The notes below the pieces were generated by a model that saw only the letters and a list, made by a program, of their open reading frames with translations, did no database searches and was not told the DNA's origin. 64,000 nucleotides of DNA, taken from assembly GCA_965223005.1 (NCBI GenBank), contig CBDCVK010000010.1, positions 544,001 through 608,000 on the forward strand, written 5' to 3'. The position numbers and the translations under genes were made by a program. Source of the stretch: Terriglobia bacterium. GTDB lineage: Bacteria > Acidobacteriota > Terriglobia > JAJPHL01 > JAPKYU01. Below are positions 42,107 to 52,153 of this stretch, piece after piece (the first letter of the stretch is position 1; each line of letters starts with the position of its first letter).

Positions 42107-43371
42107 CAGTGAAACATCTCCTGCACCTTGCGGATGCCGGCCGCTAGCGCGTCCAGCTCTTCCCGGGTGTTGTAGAAGGCCAGCGAGGCGCGCGTAGTGG
42201 CTGCAACGCCGAAGCGCTGCATCACCGGCTGGGCGCAATGATGGCCGGTGCGAACGGCAATGCCTTCGCAGTCCAGCACGGTTCCCGCGTCGTGGGGGTG
42301 AATCCCGTCAATGACGAACGATAGCACGCTGGCCTTCTCCCGCGCAGTACCGATCAGCCGTACGCCCGGAATCTGCCGGAGCGCCTCGGTGCCGTAGCCG
42401 AGCAGCTCGTGCTCGTAGGCTCCCACGTTGTCCAGTCCCACCTGGGTCAGATAGTCAATGGCCGCGCCCAGCCCGATGGTAGCGGCGATGTTGGGCGTGC
42501 CGGCCTCAAATTTGTAGGGCAGCGTATTGTAGATAGTTTTCTCGAAGGTGACGGAGCTGATCATGTCGCCCCCCCCCTGGTAGGGGGGCATCTCTTCCAG
42601 CCACCGCGCCTTGCCGTAGAGCACACCGATGCCGGTGGGGCCAAACATCTTGTGCCCGGAGAATGTGTAGAAGTCGCAGTCCAGCGCCTGTACGTCCACC
42701 TTCAGGTGCGGCGCCGCCTGCGCTCCATCCACCAGCACCGGCACATTCCGGCGGCGTGCCATCTCGATGATCTTCCGGATCGGGTTGATGGTTCCCAGGG
42801 CATTGGAGACGTGGGCCACCGCCACCAGCCGAGTGCGCTCGTTCAGTAGCTTCTCGAACTCCTCCAGCAGCAGTTCCCCGTGGTCGTTGATGGGCGCTAC
42901 CCGCAGCATGGCCCCTTTCTCCTCGCACAGGATCTGCCAGGGAACGATGTTGGAGTGGTGCTCCATGGCCGAGATGAGCACTTCGTCGCCCCGCTCGACT
43001 CGGGTGCGGCCGAAGCTGTGCGCTACCAGGTTGATGGCCTCGGTGGCGCCCCGCACAAAGATGATTTCCCGTAGGTCGGCGGCATTCAAGAACTCCTTGA
43101 CCTTGCGACGGGTGCCCTCGAAGGCTTCCGTAGCCCGTTCACTAAGCTGGTGAACGCCGCGGTGGACGTTAGAACACTCCCGCAGGTAGAAGCGTAGCTC
43201 GGCGTCAATCACAACCTGCGGCTTCTGGCTAGTGGCCGCATTGTCCAGGTAGACCAGGGGCTTGCCGCGCACGGTTTGCTTGAGGATCGGGAAGTCCTCC
43301 CGAATCTTTTGCACGTCAAGGATTGCCTCTCGCGCCGGGGAACTCAACGTGGGACTGCCGCTGGTTGGCAT
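42106..43371 (-). CDS. sufS: Cysteine desulfurase, group II
   Basis: YLDNAATSQKP, SGHKMFGPTG, RTGHHCAQP. Confidence 0.95.
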   Translation of the reverse strand: MPTSGSPTLSSPAREAILDVQKIREDFPILKQTVRGKPLVYLDNAATSQKPQVVIDAELRFYLRECSNVHRGVHQLSERATEAFEGTRRKVKEFLNAADLREIIFVRGATEAINLVAHSFGRTRVERGDEVLISAMEHHSNIVPWQILCEEKGAMLRVAPINDHGELLLEEFEKLLNERTRLVAVAHVSNALGTINPIRKIIEMARRRNVPVLVDGAQAAPHLKVDVQALDCDFYTFSGHKMFGPTGIGVLYGKARWLEEMPPYQGGGDMISSVTFEKTIYNTLPYKFEAGTPNIAATIGLGAAIDYLTQVGLDNVGAYEHELLGYGTEALRQIPGVRLIGTAREKASVLSFVIDGIHPHDAGTVLDCEGIAVRTGHHCAQPVMQRFGVAATTRASLAFYNTREELDALAAGIRKVQEMFH

Positions 43372-43391
43372 CGCTTCAACTCCTCCGGGCT

Positions 43392-44750
43392 TCAACTCCT
43401 TCGGCCCTCGGCCAGCTGCGCGAACAACTCCCCCTCCACCCAGCGGCGCACGGCCTGCACCTTCATCTGACCCAACGGCTCACTGGCGAAGGCGTAGGTG
43501 AGCATGTCGCGGGCCGCCTGAAGGTCCATGCCGCGGGTGCGCAGATAGAACAGGGCCTCCTGGTCAATTTGCCCGACGGTCGCCCCGTGGGTGCAGCGCA
43601 CGTCGTCGGCCCAGATCTCGAGCTGCGGCTTGGTATTGATCACCGCATCCTGCGACAGCAGCAGGTTCCTGTTGCTCTGCTTGGCGTTGGTCTTCTGCGC
43701 GTCCTGCCGCACAATGATTCCACCGTTGAACACCCCGCTGGCTTTTCCATCCAGGATGCCCCTGTAGATCTCGTGGCTGCTACAGTGGGGCCGGGCATGG
43801 TCCAGCGTGGTGTGGTTGTCCACGTGCTGGCGGCCCGTGCCCAGGTACAGGCCGTTCAGTGTGCACTCGGCGCCTTCCCCGTCCAGTACAGCCGTCAGGT
43901 CGTTGCGCACCAGGGCGCCGCCCAACGAAACGTTTTGATTGCTAAAGACGCTGCTGCGCTCCAGATGGACCTGCACCGTCGCCACGTGGAAAGCGCGCTG
44001 GCTTTCCTGCTGCAGCTTATAGTGTTCAACGACCGCGCTCTCGCCCACCGCGATCTCGGTGACCGCATTGGTAAAATAGGCGGCCTCGCCCAGCCCAACA
44101 TAGCTCTCAATCAAGGCCACCTGGCTCTCCCGGTCCGCCAGAATCAGGCTCCGGGGATGTGACACCCGGGGGACTTCATCGCCGGTGGAAACAAACAGCA
44201 GATGGATGGGCTGCTCGAGAACCAGGCCCGGGGGAATCCGGAGGAAGGCTCCCTGCTCCAGGAACGCGGTGTTGAGGGCCACAAACGGCTGCCGGTCGTA
44301 AGCGGCATAACGCGCCAGATGCTGCTCCAGCTCGCCGCTACGGCCGGCCTCGCCCGCCAGGGCCTCAGCCAGGCTGGCGAGCTGAACACCTTCCGGCAGC
44401 CCGGCGGTGGAAGAGAACTCGTGAGAGTAGACGCCGTTGACGAACACCAGCCGCGCGAGGCTCAGTGCGGCCAGCGGTGAGAGCGCCAGCGCTTCAGCGC
44501 TCAGCCCGTTTGCCTGCTCGGTGGCGGGCTGAAACGGAATCCGGACGAGCGGGGCAACGTTGGTGTACTTCCACTCCTCCTGATGCGTGGTGGGAAAACC
44601 CAACTCGCCGAAGCGACCAACGGCCTGGCGGCGAAGCTGGTGGACCCAGGAAGGCGCATCTGTGCCCAGCCGCTTCTCCAGTTGGGCGAAGCTCGCGAAG
44701 TAGGTCTCCTGATTTTCCTTGATTGTTTCGGCGCCAGTGCTTGGGAACAC
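43392..44750 (-). CDS. sufD: Fe-S assembly protein SufD
   Basis: EEWKYT, TKPQLEIWADDVRCTHGAT, LFYLRTRG. Confidence 0.95.
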   Translation of the reverse strand: MFPSTGAETIKENQETYFASFAQLEKRLGTDAPSWVHQLRRQAVGRFGELGFPTTHQEEWKYTNVAPLVRIPFQPATEQANGLSAEALALSPLAALSLARLVFVNGVYSHEFSSTAGLPEGVQLASLAEALAGEAGRSGELEQHLARYAAYDRQPFVALNTAFLEQGAFLRIPPGLVLEQPIHLLFVSTGDEVPRVSHPRSLILADRESQVALIESYVGLGEAAYFTNAVTEIAVGESAVVEHYKLQQESQRAFHVATVQVHLERSSVFSNQNVSLGGALVRNDLTAVLDGEGAECTLNGLYLGTGRQHVDNHTTLDHARPHCSSHEIYRGILDGKASGVFNGGIIVRQDAQKTNAKQSNRNLLLSQDAVINTKPQLEIWADDVRCTHGATVGQIDQEALFYLRTRGMDLQAARDMLTYAFASEPLGQMKVQAVRRWVEGELFAQLAEGRRS

Positions 44751-44758
44751 GTTTCCCC

Positions 44759-45529
44759 CTAGCCAGGAATCGGCTGCACGCTCTCGCTGGTGCCCTCCAG
44801 CCAGGCGTAGCCGTGATCCTCCAACTCCAGTGCCAGATTCTTGTCGCCCGAGCGGACAATGCGGCCGTTGTACAGGACGTGCACGAAGTCGGGGGTGATG
44901 TAGTTCAACAACCTCTGGTAATGGGTCACCACAAGAATGGCACGCTCGGGGCTTCGCATGGCGTTGACTCCGGTGGCCACAATCCTCAGGGCATCAATGT
45001 CCAGACCCGAATCGGTTTCGTCCAGGATGGCCAGGCGGGGTTCCAGAATCGTCATCTGGAAGATTTCGTTGCGCTTCTTCTCTCCGCCCGAGAATCCCTC
45101 GTTGACCGAGCGGGTCATCAGGCTCTCATCCAGCCCCAGCGCCTTCACCTTCTCCCGCACCAGCGCCAGGAAGTCCATAGCGTCCAACTCGGGCAGGCCT
45201 TGGTGCTTGCGAATGGCGTTGAGCGCCGCCTTGAGGAAGTAGGTGTTGCTCACCCCGGGAATCTCCACCGGATACTGGAAGGCCAGGAAGATCCCGTCGC
45301 CGGCGCGATCTTCGGGAGCCATGGCCAGAAGGTCCTGGCCGTTGTAGGTCACCTCGCCGGCGGTGACCTCATAGCAGTCGCGCCCGGCTAGGACCTGCGC
45401 CAGAGTGCTCTTACCCGACCCGTTGGGCCCCATGATGGCATGCACCTCGCCCAGGTTTACCTTGAGGTCCACACCGCGCAGGATTTCAATATCGCCAGTT
45501 CTGGCCTGCAGATTCTTGATTTCAAGCAT
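44759..45529 (-). CDS. sufC: Fe-S assembly ATPase SufC
   Basis: GPNGSGKST, FQYP, FSGGEKKR, LDETDSGLDID. Confidence 0.97.
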   Translation of the reverse strand: MLEIKNLQARTGDIEILRGVDLKVNLGEVHAIMGPNGSGKSTLAQVLAGRDCYEVTAGEVTYNGQDLLAMAPEDRAGDGIFLAFQYPVEIPGVSNTYFLKAALNAIRKHQGLPELDAMDFLALVREKVKALGLDESLMTRSVNEGFSGGEKKRNEIFQMTILEPRLAILDETDSGLDIDALRIVATGVNAMRSPERAILVVTHYQRLLNYITPDFVHVLYNGRIVRSGDKNLALELEDHGYAWLEGTSESVQPIPG

Positions 45530-45579
45530 GCTCGAAGGCTATCTCCTTAACAGGATGCTGAAAAACGCTCGCCAGCCTC

Positions 45580-45678
45580 TCATTCCGAGTGCCGATGCTG
45601 TCTGTCGGCTGAAAGAATTTGCTTCTCCGGCAAGCAATGGTGGTGGAAAGGCAGATTCCCCACTTCGCTCGGAACGAC
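45580..45678. repeat. Degenerate REP/REPIN-like inverted element between sufB and sufC
   Basis: ttccgagtg pairs with cgctcggaa, gaatttgc with gcagattc; resembles GTCATTCCGAGCGAAG..GAATC-type REP doublets. Confidence 0.55.
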
Positions 45679-45697
45679 ACCGGGGCCCCCTAGGGCA

Positions 45698-47146
45698 CTA
45701 GCCCACACTGCCTTCCAGACTCACACTCAGCAGCTTCTGGGCCTCGACGGCAAACTCCATCGGCAGCTCGCGGAACACCTGCTTGCAGAAGCCGTTGATG
45801 ATCATCGAGACGGCGTCTTCGCTGGAGAGGCCGCGCTGGCGGCAGTAAAAGATCTGGTCCTCGCCGACCTTGGAGGTGGAAGCCTCGTGCTCCACCTGTG
45901 CCGCCGGATTCTTGACTTCCAGGTAGGGGAAGGTATGGGCTCCGCACTGGTCGCCGATCAGCAGCGAGTCGCACTGCGAATAGTTCCGCGCGCCGGCGGC
46001 GCCCGGCAGCATCTTCACCATGCCACGATAGGTATTCTGCCCGTGGCCGGACGAAATCCCCTTGGAGACGATGGTGCTCCGGGTGTTCTTGCCGATGTGG
46101 AGCATCTTAGTGCCGGTGTCAGCTTGCTGGTAGTTGTTGGTGGTGGCCACCGAGTAAAACTCGCCCACCGAGTTGTCACCCAGCAGAATGCAGCTCGGGT
46201 ACTTCCAGGTGATCGCCGAGCCGGTCTCCACCTGCGTCCAGGAGATCTTGGAATTGACTCCCAGACACTTGCCGCGCTTGGTCACGAAATTGAAGATGCC
46301 GCCCCGGCCTTGCTTGTCGCCGGGATACCAGTTCTGGATGGTCGAGTATTTGATCTGCGCATTGTCCAGCGCGATCAGCTCCACCACGGCGGCATGCAAC
46401 TGGTTGGTGTCGCGCATCGGCGCCGTGCAGCCCTCCAAGTAGCTGACGTAGCTGCCTTCCTCGGCAATGATCAGGGTGCGCTCAAACTGGCCGGTGTTCT
46501 GGGCGTTGATGCGGAAGTAGGTGGATAGCTCCATCGGGCAGCGGACGCCCTTGGGGATGTAGCAGAACGAGCCGTCACTAAATACAGCCGCGTTCAGTCC
46601 TGCATAGAAGTTATCGGTGTAGGGAACCACCGAGCCCAGGTACTTGCGGACCAGCTCCGGGTGCTCCCGCACCGCCTCGGAAAACGAGCAGAAGATGATG
46701 CCCAGCTCGCCCAGCTTCTCCTTGAAAGTGGTGGCCACCGAGACGCTGTCGAACACGGCATCCACCGCCACTCCGGCCAGCATCTCTTGCTCCCGCAACG
46801 GGATGCCCAGCTTCTCGTAAGTCTTCAGCAGCTCCGGGTCCACCTCGTCCAGGCTCTTGGGCTGGTCCTCCTTCGATTTCGGCGCCGAGTAGTAAACAAT
46901 GCTCTGGTAGTCAATAGGCGGGTAGTGCACGTTGGCCCAGCTCGGCTCTTCCATCGTGAGCCAGTGCCGGTAGGCTTTCAGCCGCCCCTCCAGCATGAAC
47001 TCCGGCTCGTTCTTCTTGGCCGAAATCAACCGAATGACGTCCTCATTCAACCCAGGGGGTACCGTATCGGTCTCAACTTCCGTGAAAAAACCGTACTTGT
47101 ACTCCTTGTTGGTAAGCTCCTCGATGTTGTTGACCGGAGTGCTCAT
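45698..47146 (-). CDS. sufB: Fe-S assembly protein SufB
   Basis: [37 protein letters not shown]. Confidence 0.97.
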   Translation of the reverse strand: MSTPVNNIEELTNKEYKYGFFTEVETDTVPPGLNEDVIRLISAKKNEPEFMLEGRLKAYRHWLTMEEPSWANVHYPPIDYQSIVYYSAPKSKEDQPKSLDEVDPELLKTYEKLGIPLREQEMLAGVAVDAVFDSVSVATTFKEKLGELGIIFCSFSEAVREHPELVRKYLGSVVPYTDNFYAGLNAAVFSDGSFCYIPKGVRCPMELSTYFRINAQNTGQFERTLIIAEEGSYVSYLEGCTAPMRDTNQLHAAVVELIALDNAQIKYSTIQNWYPGDKQGRGGIFNFVTKRGKCLGVNSKISWTQVETGSAITWKYPSCILLGDNSVGEFYSVATTNNYQQADTGTKMLHIGKNTRSTIVSKGISSGHGQNTYRGMVKMLPGAAGARNYSQCDSLLIGDQCGAHTFPYLEVKNPAAQVEHEASTSKVGEDQIFYCRQRGLSSEDAVSMIINGFCKQVFRELPMEFAVEAQKLLSVSLEGSVG

Positions 47147-47265
47147 AGCTTGTCTTGTCTTGTCTTCTCCCTCTTAGAGGCATTGTGTAGAAACTCTCAG
47201 TGCTTCCAACCGAAGGTGACGCTTCACAAAAAGTGGGGAGCGCCAGCCAAGCGGCAGCGTATGTA

Positions 47266-47289
47266 AATCTATACAAATGAGTCAAGATT
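47266..47289. promoter_or_regulatory. Putative Rrf2 operator 1
   Basis: aatctatacaaatgagtcaagatt, 24-bp imperfect palindrome, near-copy of operator 2. Confidence 0.6.
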
Positions 47290-47338
47290 AATTTGCCTAG
47301 CTGCTACTTTGACTCACAAACCTCCCGTAGCAAGATCC

Positions 47339-47371
47339 AGGATAGCCAATCTAGACTAAAAAGTCAAGATT
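47339..47371 (-). promoter_or_regulatory. suf promoter overlapped by putative Rrf2 operator 2
   Basis: Minus strand TTGACT-17 nt-TATCCT; palindrome aatctagact-aaaa-agtcaagatt at 47348-47371. Confidence 0.65.
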
Positions 47372-47528
47372 GATCCGGGCCCATGTACTACCTGCTATCT
47401 ATTTTAAAACAAAGCAAATATCCTGACGCAAAGCTATGGTTACAAGATCATCCAAAGCGGGAAGTTTTCTTGAGTTGACAGGTTCTTGGCGCCGTCAGGC
47501 ATTCCCTAAACGCACTGCGTGATGTGGT

Positions 47529-48095
47529 TTAGCTGCGGCGCAACAGGCTCCAGGAAAGCACCCGAAGCCAGCGCCCCAGGTAAGCGAACAGGGCGTAACA
47601 GGCCAGAAGCAGGAAGACAAAGGGAAGCAGCACGAGACGGAAGGCCGTTCGGAGCAGTTCGGCACCCTCCACATCCACACGAGCACCCAGGAAGCGGCGA
47701 ATGGAGGCGCGGTTGGACCAGTCGAGCCAGAAGAAGTCCCCGTTTTCATTCACCACCAGCAGCTTGGAGGGCAGAAAGAACATGAGAAGGAGCTTCCAGC
47801 GAAGCAAAACGGATTCCCGCGTGAACAGCAGGCCTGCCACGGAGGCCTGCGAGCGCCGCATAGCGAGCAGCATCTTCCACTTGCTGGCTACATCGGGCGC
47901 CTCCGTCACTCTGTAGACACGCTCAAAGCCGCCGGGGGCCGGCACACCGGGAAAGCAGGTGCACAGCTCGAAACGGGCCCGGGAAAAGATCGGGCGCATC
48001 CGCGCGTAGGCTCTCTCCATTACCGAGCGCGAACCGCTCTCAACCAGCAGCACCATTCGGGGCTCGGGGATCCGACTGCGAAAAAAATAGCGCAC
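47529..48095 (-). CDS. Hypothetical membrane-associated protein
   Basis: LLVESGSR, VNENGDFFW motifs; C-terminal hydrophobic helix. Confidence 0.65.
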   Translation of the reverse strand: MRYFFRSRIPEPRMVLLVESGSRSVMERAYARMRPIFSRARFELCTCFPGVPAPGGFERVYRVTEAPDVASKWKMLLAMRRSQASVAGLLFTRESVLLRWKLLLMFFLPSKLLVVNENGDFFWLDWSNRASIRRFLGARVDVEGAELLRTAFRLVLLPFVFLLLACYALFAYLGRWLRVLSWSLLRRS

Positions 48096-48245
48096 TTGTC
48101 GAAAGTCTATTCGCGAACAGCCGGAGGTTCAATGGACAGAAGAGAGGAAATAGCTAGGTCACTTTCCGGCAGCTTGGCTCGGCCGGCAGACACCAACCGC
48201 CAGATTGGCCCGGCCAGCGTGGCCCCGAAGAGACTTTCCGGAGGC

Positions 48246-48854
48246 TTAGCGCTGAGACGAGGGCGATTTCCTTCCAGTCGTGGCACCCGGAGCGATAGCA
48301 GCGGAAGCGGCCAAGCTAGCGTTGTACAGTTTGATGATGTCTTCGGTCACATCCAGAGTCGTGCTAGCCCACGCAACAGGAGCTTGGGGCGAGCTGACGT
48401 CGATCACCAGGTGGTAGCCGTTCTCGCGCGCGTACTGATCCAGGATTTTTATCAGCTTCCGCCCGATCTCGTTGACCATCTGCCCCTGGGCCTGCTGGAA
48501 GTCGGCGCTGAGGTCCTCGTTGCTGCGATTGAAATCTCTGGTCTTGGTTTCAATCTGCCGCACCAGGTTCCTCCGGGCCTCATCACTAAGAACCCTTTCG
48601 CTTTCCTGAAGCTGCTTCCGCAACTTCTCGATTTCCTCTTGTTTGGCCCGCAATTCCTTGTCCTTGGGAGCAAACTCCGCTCGTAACTTCTCCTGCGCCT
48701 TCTTCCCCTCTTCCGATTCTACGATGGCCCGCTGAATGTTGATGATGCCGATCTTGGATCCCGGCGTGGGCGCTGGGTTTTGGGCCTGCACGTTACCCAA
48801 CAGAGTCACCACCAAAGCAACAGCCAGTGCCAAAGAAAAAGCCTGCTTTCTCAT
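48246..48854 (-). CDS. skp: OmpH/Skp periplasmic chaperone
   Basis: Signal peptide, KIGIINIQRAI..SEEGKKA, coiled coil, DVTEDII; downstream of bamA. Confidence 0.9.
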   Translation of the reverse strand: MRKQAFSLALAVALVVTLLGNVQAQNPAPTPGSKIGIINIQRAIVESEEGKKAQEKLRAEFAPKDKELRAKQEEIEKLRKQLQESERVLSDEARRNLVRQIETKTRDFNRSNEDLSADFQQAQGQMVNEIGRKLIKILDQYARENGYHLVIDVSSPQAPVAWASTTLDVTEDIIKLYNASLAASAAIAPGATTGRKSPSSQR

Positions 48855-49055
48855 CTAAACTCCTAACCGTGAAGTCGGGACCTTTGCCCCTTTCGCAAAG
48901 AGCCGGAGGTCTATCCTATCAAGCCATTATAGTTGTCTCCCCATCACTGGGTCAATCCGGCCCGACACTTTCGCTGACGTGCCAACTGCGCCCGCTGGGG
49001 CCACAGTCCCTTGTCCACCCTCTGCAGTATACAGTTCAGGGGACTCACTAGCGGC

Positions 49056-51857
49056 TCAGAAAGTCCGGCCGACGCTGAATCGGAAGGTCCGGCTCTTCTC
49101 CCGCCAGAACACGCGCGGGGTGGTCAGCACCGCCGCGTTGAATGTGGCTTGGTTGGGGAACTGGCTGCGGTTAATCAGGACCGGCGGGGCCAGAAGGGTC
49201 TCCAGCCGGTTCGGGTTGTAGGCCCAGTACACGCGGAACGGAGCATTGACGACTGGCAGCAGCACTTGGACCTCCAATCCGGTCGAGCTGCGAATCTGCC
49301 GGTTGGTTCCTGGCAACAATTGTACCCTCGAGGGAAACTCCTGGCCGGGGAACTTAGCCATCAGGTCCGACAACCGCGAGGGGTTCATCGTGAGCTGGCT
49401 CTGCCGCCAGACGGTATTGAGCCCGGCGTCGAAGAACGCCGCCAGGACTACCGGCCCGAAAATTGGGACGCGGTATTCGAAGTTGCCGATCGTCTGCAAG
49501 TCCCCGCCTGGGAAGATGATGCGGTTCACCGGGTAGGTGACAGTTTGGGGCACCAGCTGCACCTCTCCATCGACCACCACCGGGACAAAGCGCGGCGTGC
49601 CGTCTTGATTGACCACACCGATCGTGGCCTCGTCGGTGACGTAGGCCATCGGGCTGACGGCGCGGATGAAGAAGCCGCGAATGTCGGTCTCCCCACCAAT
49701 GTAAAAGCGCTGAAACGGTGGCGCCACCTTGCCCGCGTAACCACTCTGGACTGAGGTCAGGAAGCGGAAACCCACGATATGCCCACTCTTGTTCACCGGA
49801 ATGAACTTGGTGAACTCGAAGGTGGGCCGGAAGAGACGGACGTTTCCGCCCAGACCGGCCAACTCTAGGCTACCGAAGACTTTGGTGCCGCGGGTGGGTG
49901 TGATCGGGTGATCCACCGTGTTGTACAGGTAGGTGGGGATGACCCTGCTGGTCGTGATCCCTTCCAGCGCGTTGGGGCCGCTGGCGCCCCGGAAATTCAG
50001 GAACTCGAAGAATTGCTTGGAAGCCGAACTGAAGGTCCTGATGTCGGAGCGGTCGTAGCCAAAAGTGAGGCCCACGCGGGCGAAACTGCGCCGCAGCGGA
50101 TAGGTGGCAAAGACGGTGAACCCCTGGCTGGACTGGCGGAAATTCTGGATGTTGTCGGTGCCCAACGCGTCAAACAGCGGAATCAGGTTGCGCCCGCTCA
50201 GGATGGAGGCCTCGCGCGCCTGATTGAAGCTGAAGCGGCGGGCAAAGATGGTGAAACCCATCTGTAGCGGGCGGTCAAACGCGTAGGGCTCGGTGAAGCC
50301 AAACAGGATGTTGCGCTGGCGGTTCCCGAGCTCCACCGCAAAGGTCAGCGTCTCCCCCAGCCCCATGAAATTGTTGGTGGAGTAGTTCATCCCAATAAAA
50401 CTGCCAGCGATGCCGCTGGTCCCACCCGTCAACCCGATGGTGTTTTTCCCGCGTTCCTTGACGTTCAAATTGATGTCCACCTGGCCGGTCCGGTTGTTAG
50501 GCCGGATGTCGGCCTCCTCGGGCTTGAGTGCCTCGAAGAAGCCGAGCTGGTTCAGGCGCAGGATGCTGACCTCCCACAGCCGGCTGTTGAACATGTCTCC
50601 TTCGTCCAACAGCAACTCACGCCGGATGACCTTGTCGCGGGTGGTGGTGTTGCCCGCGAACTCGATACGCCGGACAAAGAACTGCTTGTCCTCTTCGATG
50701 TCGAGGGTCATGTTGATGACCTTGTTCTGCCGATCCACGTCGGCGTCCGGCGTAGGAACCATATTGATGAAGCCGAATTCCCCGTACAGCTTGCGCAGGT
50801 CCTCCAGCCCATCGCGGATCTTGGAAACATCGAAGATGTCGCCTTCCCTCATCTTGAACAACGGGTACATAATGGCGTCCGGCTGGCGGAAGAATTTGAC
50901 CCCGGTAAAAGCCAACTTCCCCACCCGGTACTGCTCGCCCTCCTGGATGGGGATTGTCAGGTCCACCCGCTTGCTGGGCCGGTTGGGATAGAACAGGGGA
51001 ATGCGGAACCACCCGCCGCCGGTGTCGCGACTGTTGATGTCCGGGTCCAGCACCAGCGCGGTGAAGTAGCCGCTGTCCTGGTGTTTGCCGCGCACCCGTT
51101 CCAGGTCGGCGGCCAGCTTGTTGTGGTCAAAGGTCTTGCTAAAGATGTTTTCCAGAATGATGGAGTGGGGAATCCCGATCGGTTTCAGGTGTTTCATTGC
51201 CCGGCGCAGATCCCGGCTGCTAAAAACAGTATTGCCGGTGAATTCGATCTTGCCGACCTTGACCTTGGGCCCTTCCTCAACGACGAAGTCCAGCATCACC
51301 GAGTTCGGCGGCACCCGTTTGGGCTCGGCCCGAACCTTCGCGTACTGGCGGCCGCGCTCAGCCAGCAACTCTGCCAGCACCACCTCGGCCCGCCGCACCC
51401 GGTTGGGCTCGTACTGGCTTTGCGGCGTTAAACTCACCCTGCGCTCCCGGAACCGATCCAAGATCTCCGAGACAGTGACCGATTTGATGCCCTTGTAATC
51501 CATCGCGCGGATGGTGGGCTTCTCCTCCACGTGGAAGAGAACGATCTTCCCCTTGTCGCCGTCCTCCACCTCGAGACGGATGTTCTCAAAGAACCCTGCG
51601 TTCCACAGGGACATGAAATCGCGGCGCAGGGCATCCGGGTTGTAGGGATCGCCGGGTTTGCTGAAGATCCGGGAGCGCAGGGTGGCCGCGGGCACGCGCC
51701 GGTTCCCCAGAAACCGAATGTGGTCAATGAGTTCCTGCGACTCGGCTTGCTGGGCGACCGACGCTGCTGCGGAGGCACTGGCGGGCAGGGCCCCCAACCA
51801 GCACAGGAACAGCAGGAAAAGCAATCTGGGCGGTGCCGACAGCTTCAAACGGAACAT
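49056..51857 (-). CDS. bamA: Outer membrane protein assembly factor BamA
   Basis: POTRA repeats (GNRRV, GNTTTRDKVIRRE), IRGF, C-terminal FSVGRTF. Confidence 0.95.
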   Translation of the reverse strand: MFRLKLSAPPRLLFLLFLCWLGALPASASAAASVAQQAESQELIDHIRFLGNRRVPAATLRSRIFSKPGDPYNPDALRRDFMSLWNAGFFENIRLEVEDGDKGKIVLFHVEEKPTIRAMDYKGIKSVTVSEILDRFRERRVSLTPQSQYEPNRVRRAEVVLAELLAERGRQYAKVRAEPKRVPPNSVMLDFVVEEGPKVKVGKIEFTGNTVFSSRDLRRAMKHLKPIGIPHSIILENIFSKTFDHNKLAADLERVRGKHQDSGYFTALVLDPDINSRDTGGGWFRIPLFYPNRPSKRVDLTIPIQEGEQYRVGKLAFTGVKFFRQPDAIMYPLFKMREGDIFDVSKIRDGLEDLRKLYGEFGFINMVPTPDADVDRQNKVINMTLDIEEDKQFFVRRIEFAGNTTTRDKVIRRELLLDEGDMFNSRLWEVSILRLNQLGFFEALKPEEADIRPNNRTGQVDINLNVKERGKNTIGLTGGTSGIAGSFIGMNYSTNNFMGLGETLTFAVELGNRQRNILFGFTEPYAFDRPLQMGFTIFARRFSFNQAREASILSGRNLIPLFDALGTDNIQNFRQSSQGFTVFATYPLRRSFARVGLTFGYDRSDIRTFSSASKQFFEFLNFRGASGPNALEGITTSRVIPTYLYNTVDHPITPTRGTKVFGSLELAGLGGNVRLFRPTFEFTKFIPVNKSGHIVGFRFLTSVQSGYAGKVAPPFQRFYIGGETDIRGFFIRAVSPMAYVTDEATIGVVNQDGTPRFVPVVVDGEVQLVPQTVTYPVNRIIFPGGDLQTIGNFEYRVPIFGPVVLAAFFDAGLNTVWRQSQLTMNPSRLSDLMAKFPGQEFPSRVQLLPGTNRQIRSSTGLEVQVLLPVVNAPFRVYWAYNPNRLETLLAPPVLINRSQFPNQATFNAAVLTTPRVFWREKSRTFRFSVGRTF

Positions 51858-52153
51858 CTCTCCCGACTCAGAGTTTTCATACGAGACGCCCTGCGTCGGG
51901 CGACCCATTCATTTTACAACGGCCGCAGGGCTTCCAGGCAAAGACTCTGTAAGCTTGCCGGTCCGAGGGGATAAACCCATTCCGACGCTAAAGGTAGCAG
52001 GAAAGTCACATGAAAGTTGGACGGGTTGCCGAGCGTCGGGAGACCGTCAGACGCAGCTTCGAGCGGTCGATCGGAGTCCCTGCGCTAGCAGGCCGCCAGC
52101 CCTTCGAAGCGAGCACGAGGAGCCAGCACGGGGAGTAGTCGGGCACGGCCGCC

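Noticed and set aside
47410-47450. c-di-GMP-I riboswitch-like words (gcaaa...gacgcaaagc)
   Set aside because: Only 6 nt between the motifs, no GNRA-capped stem, and the orientation does not lead into a gene.
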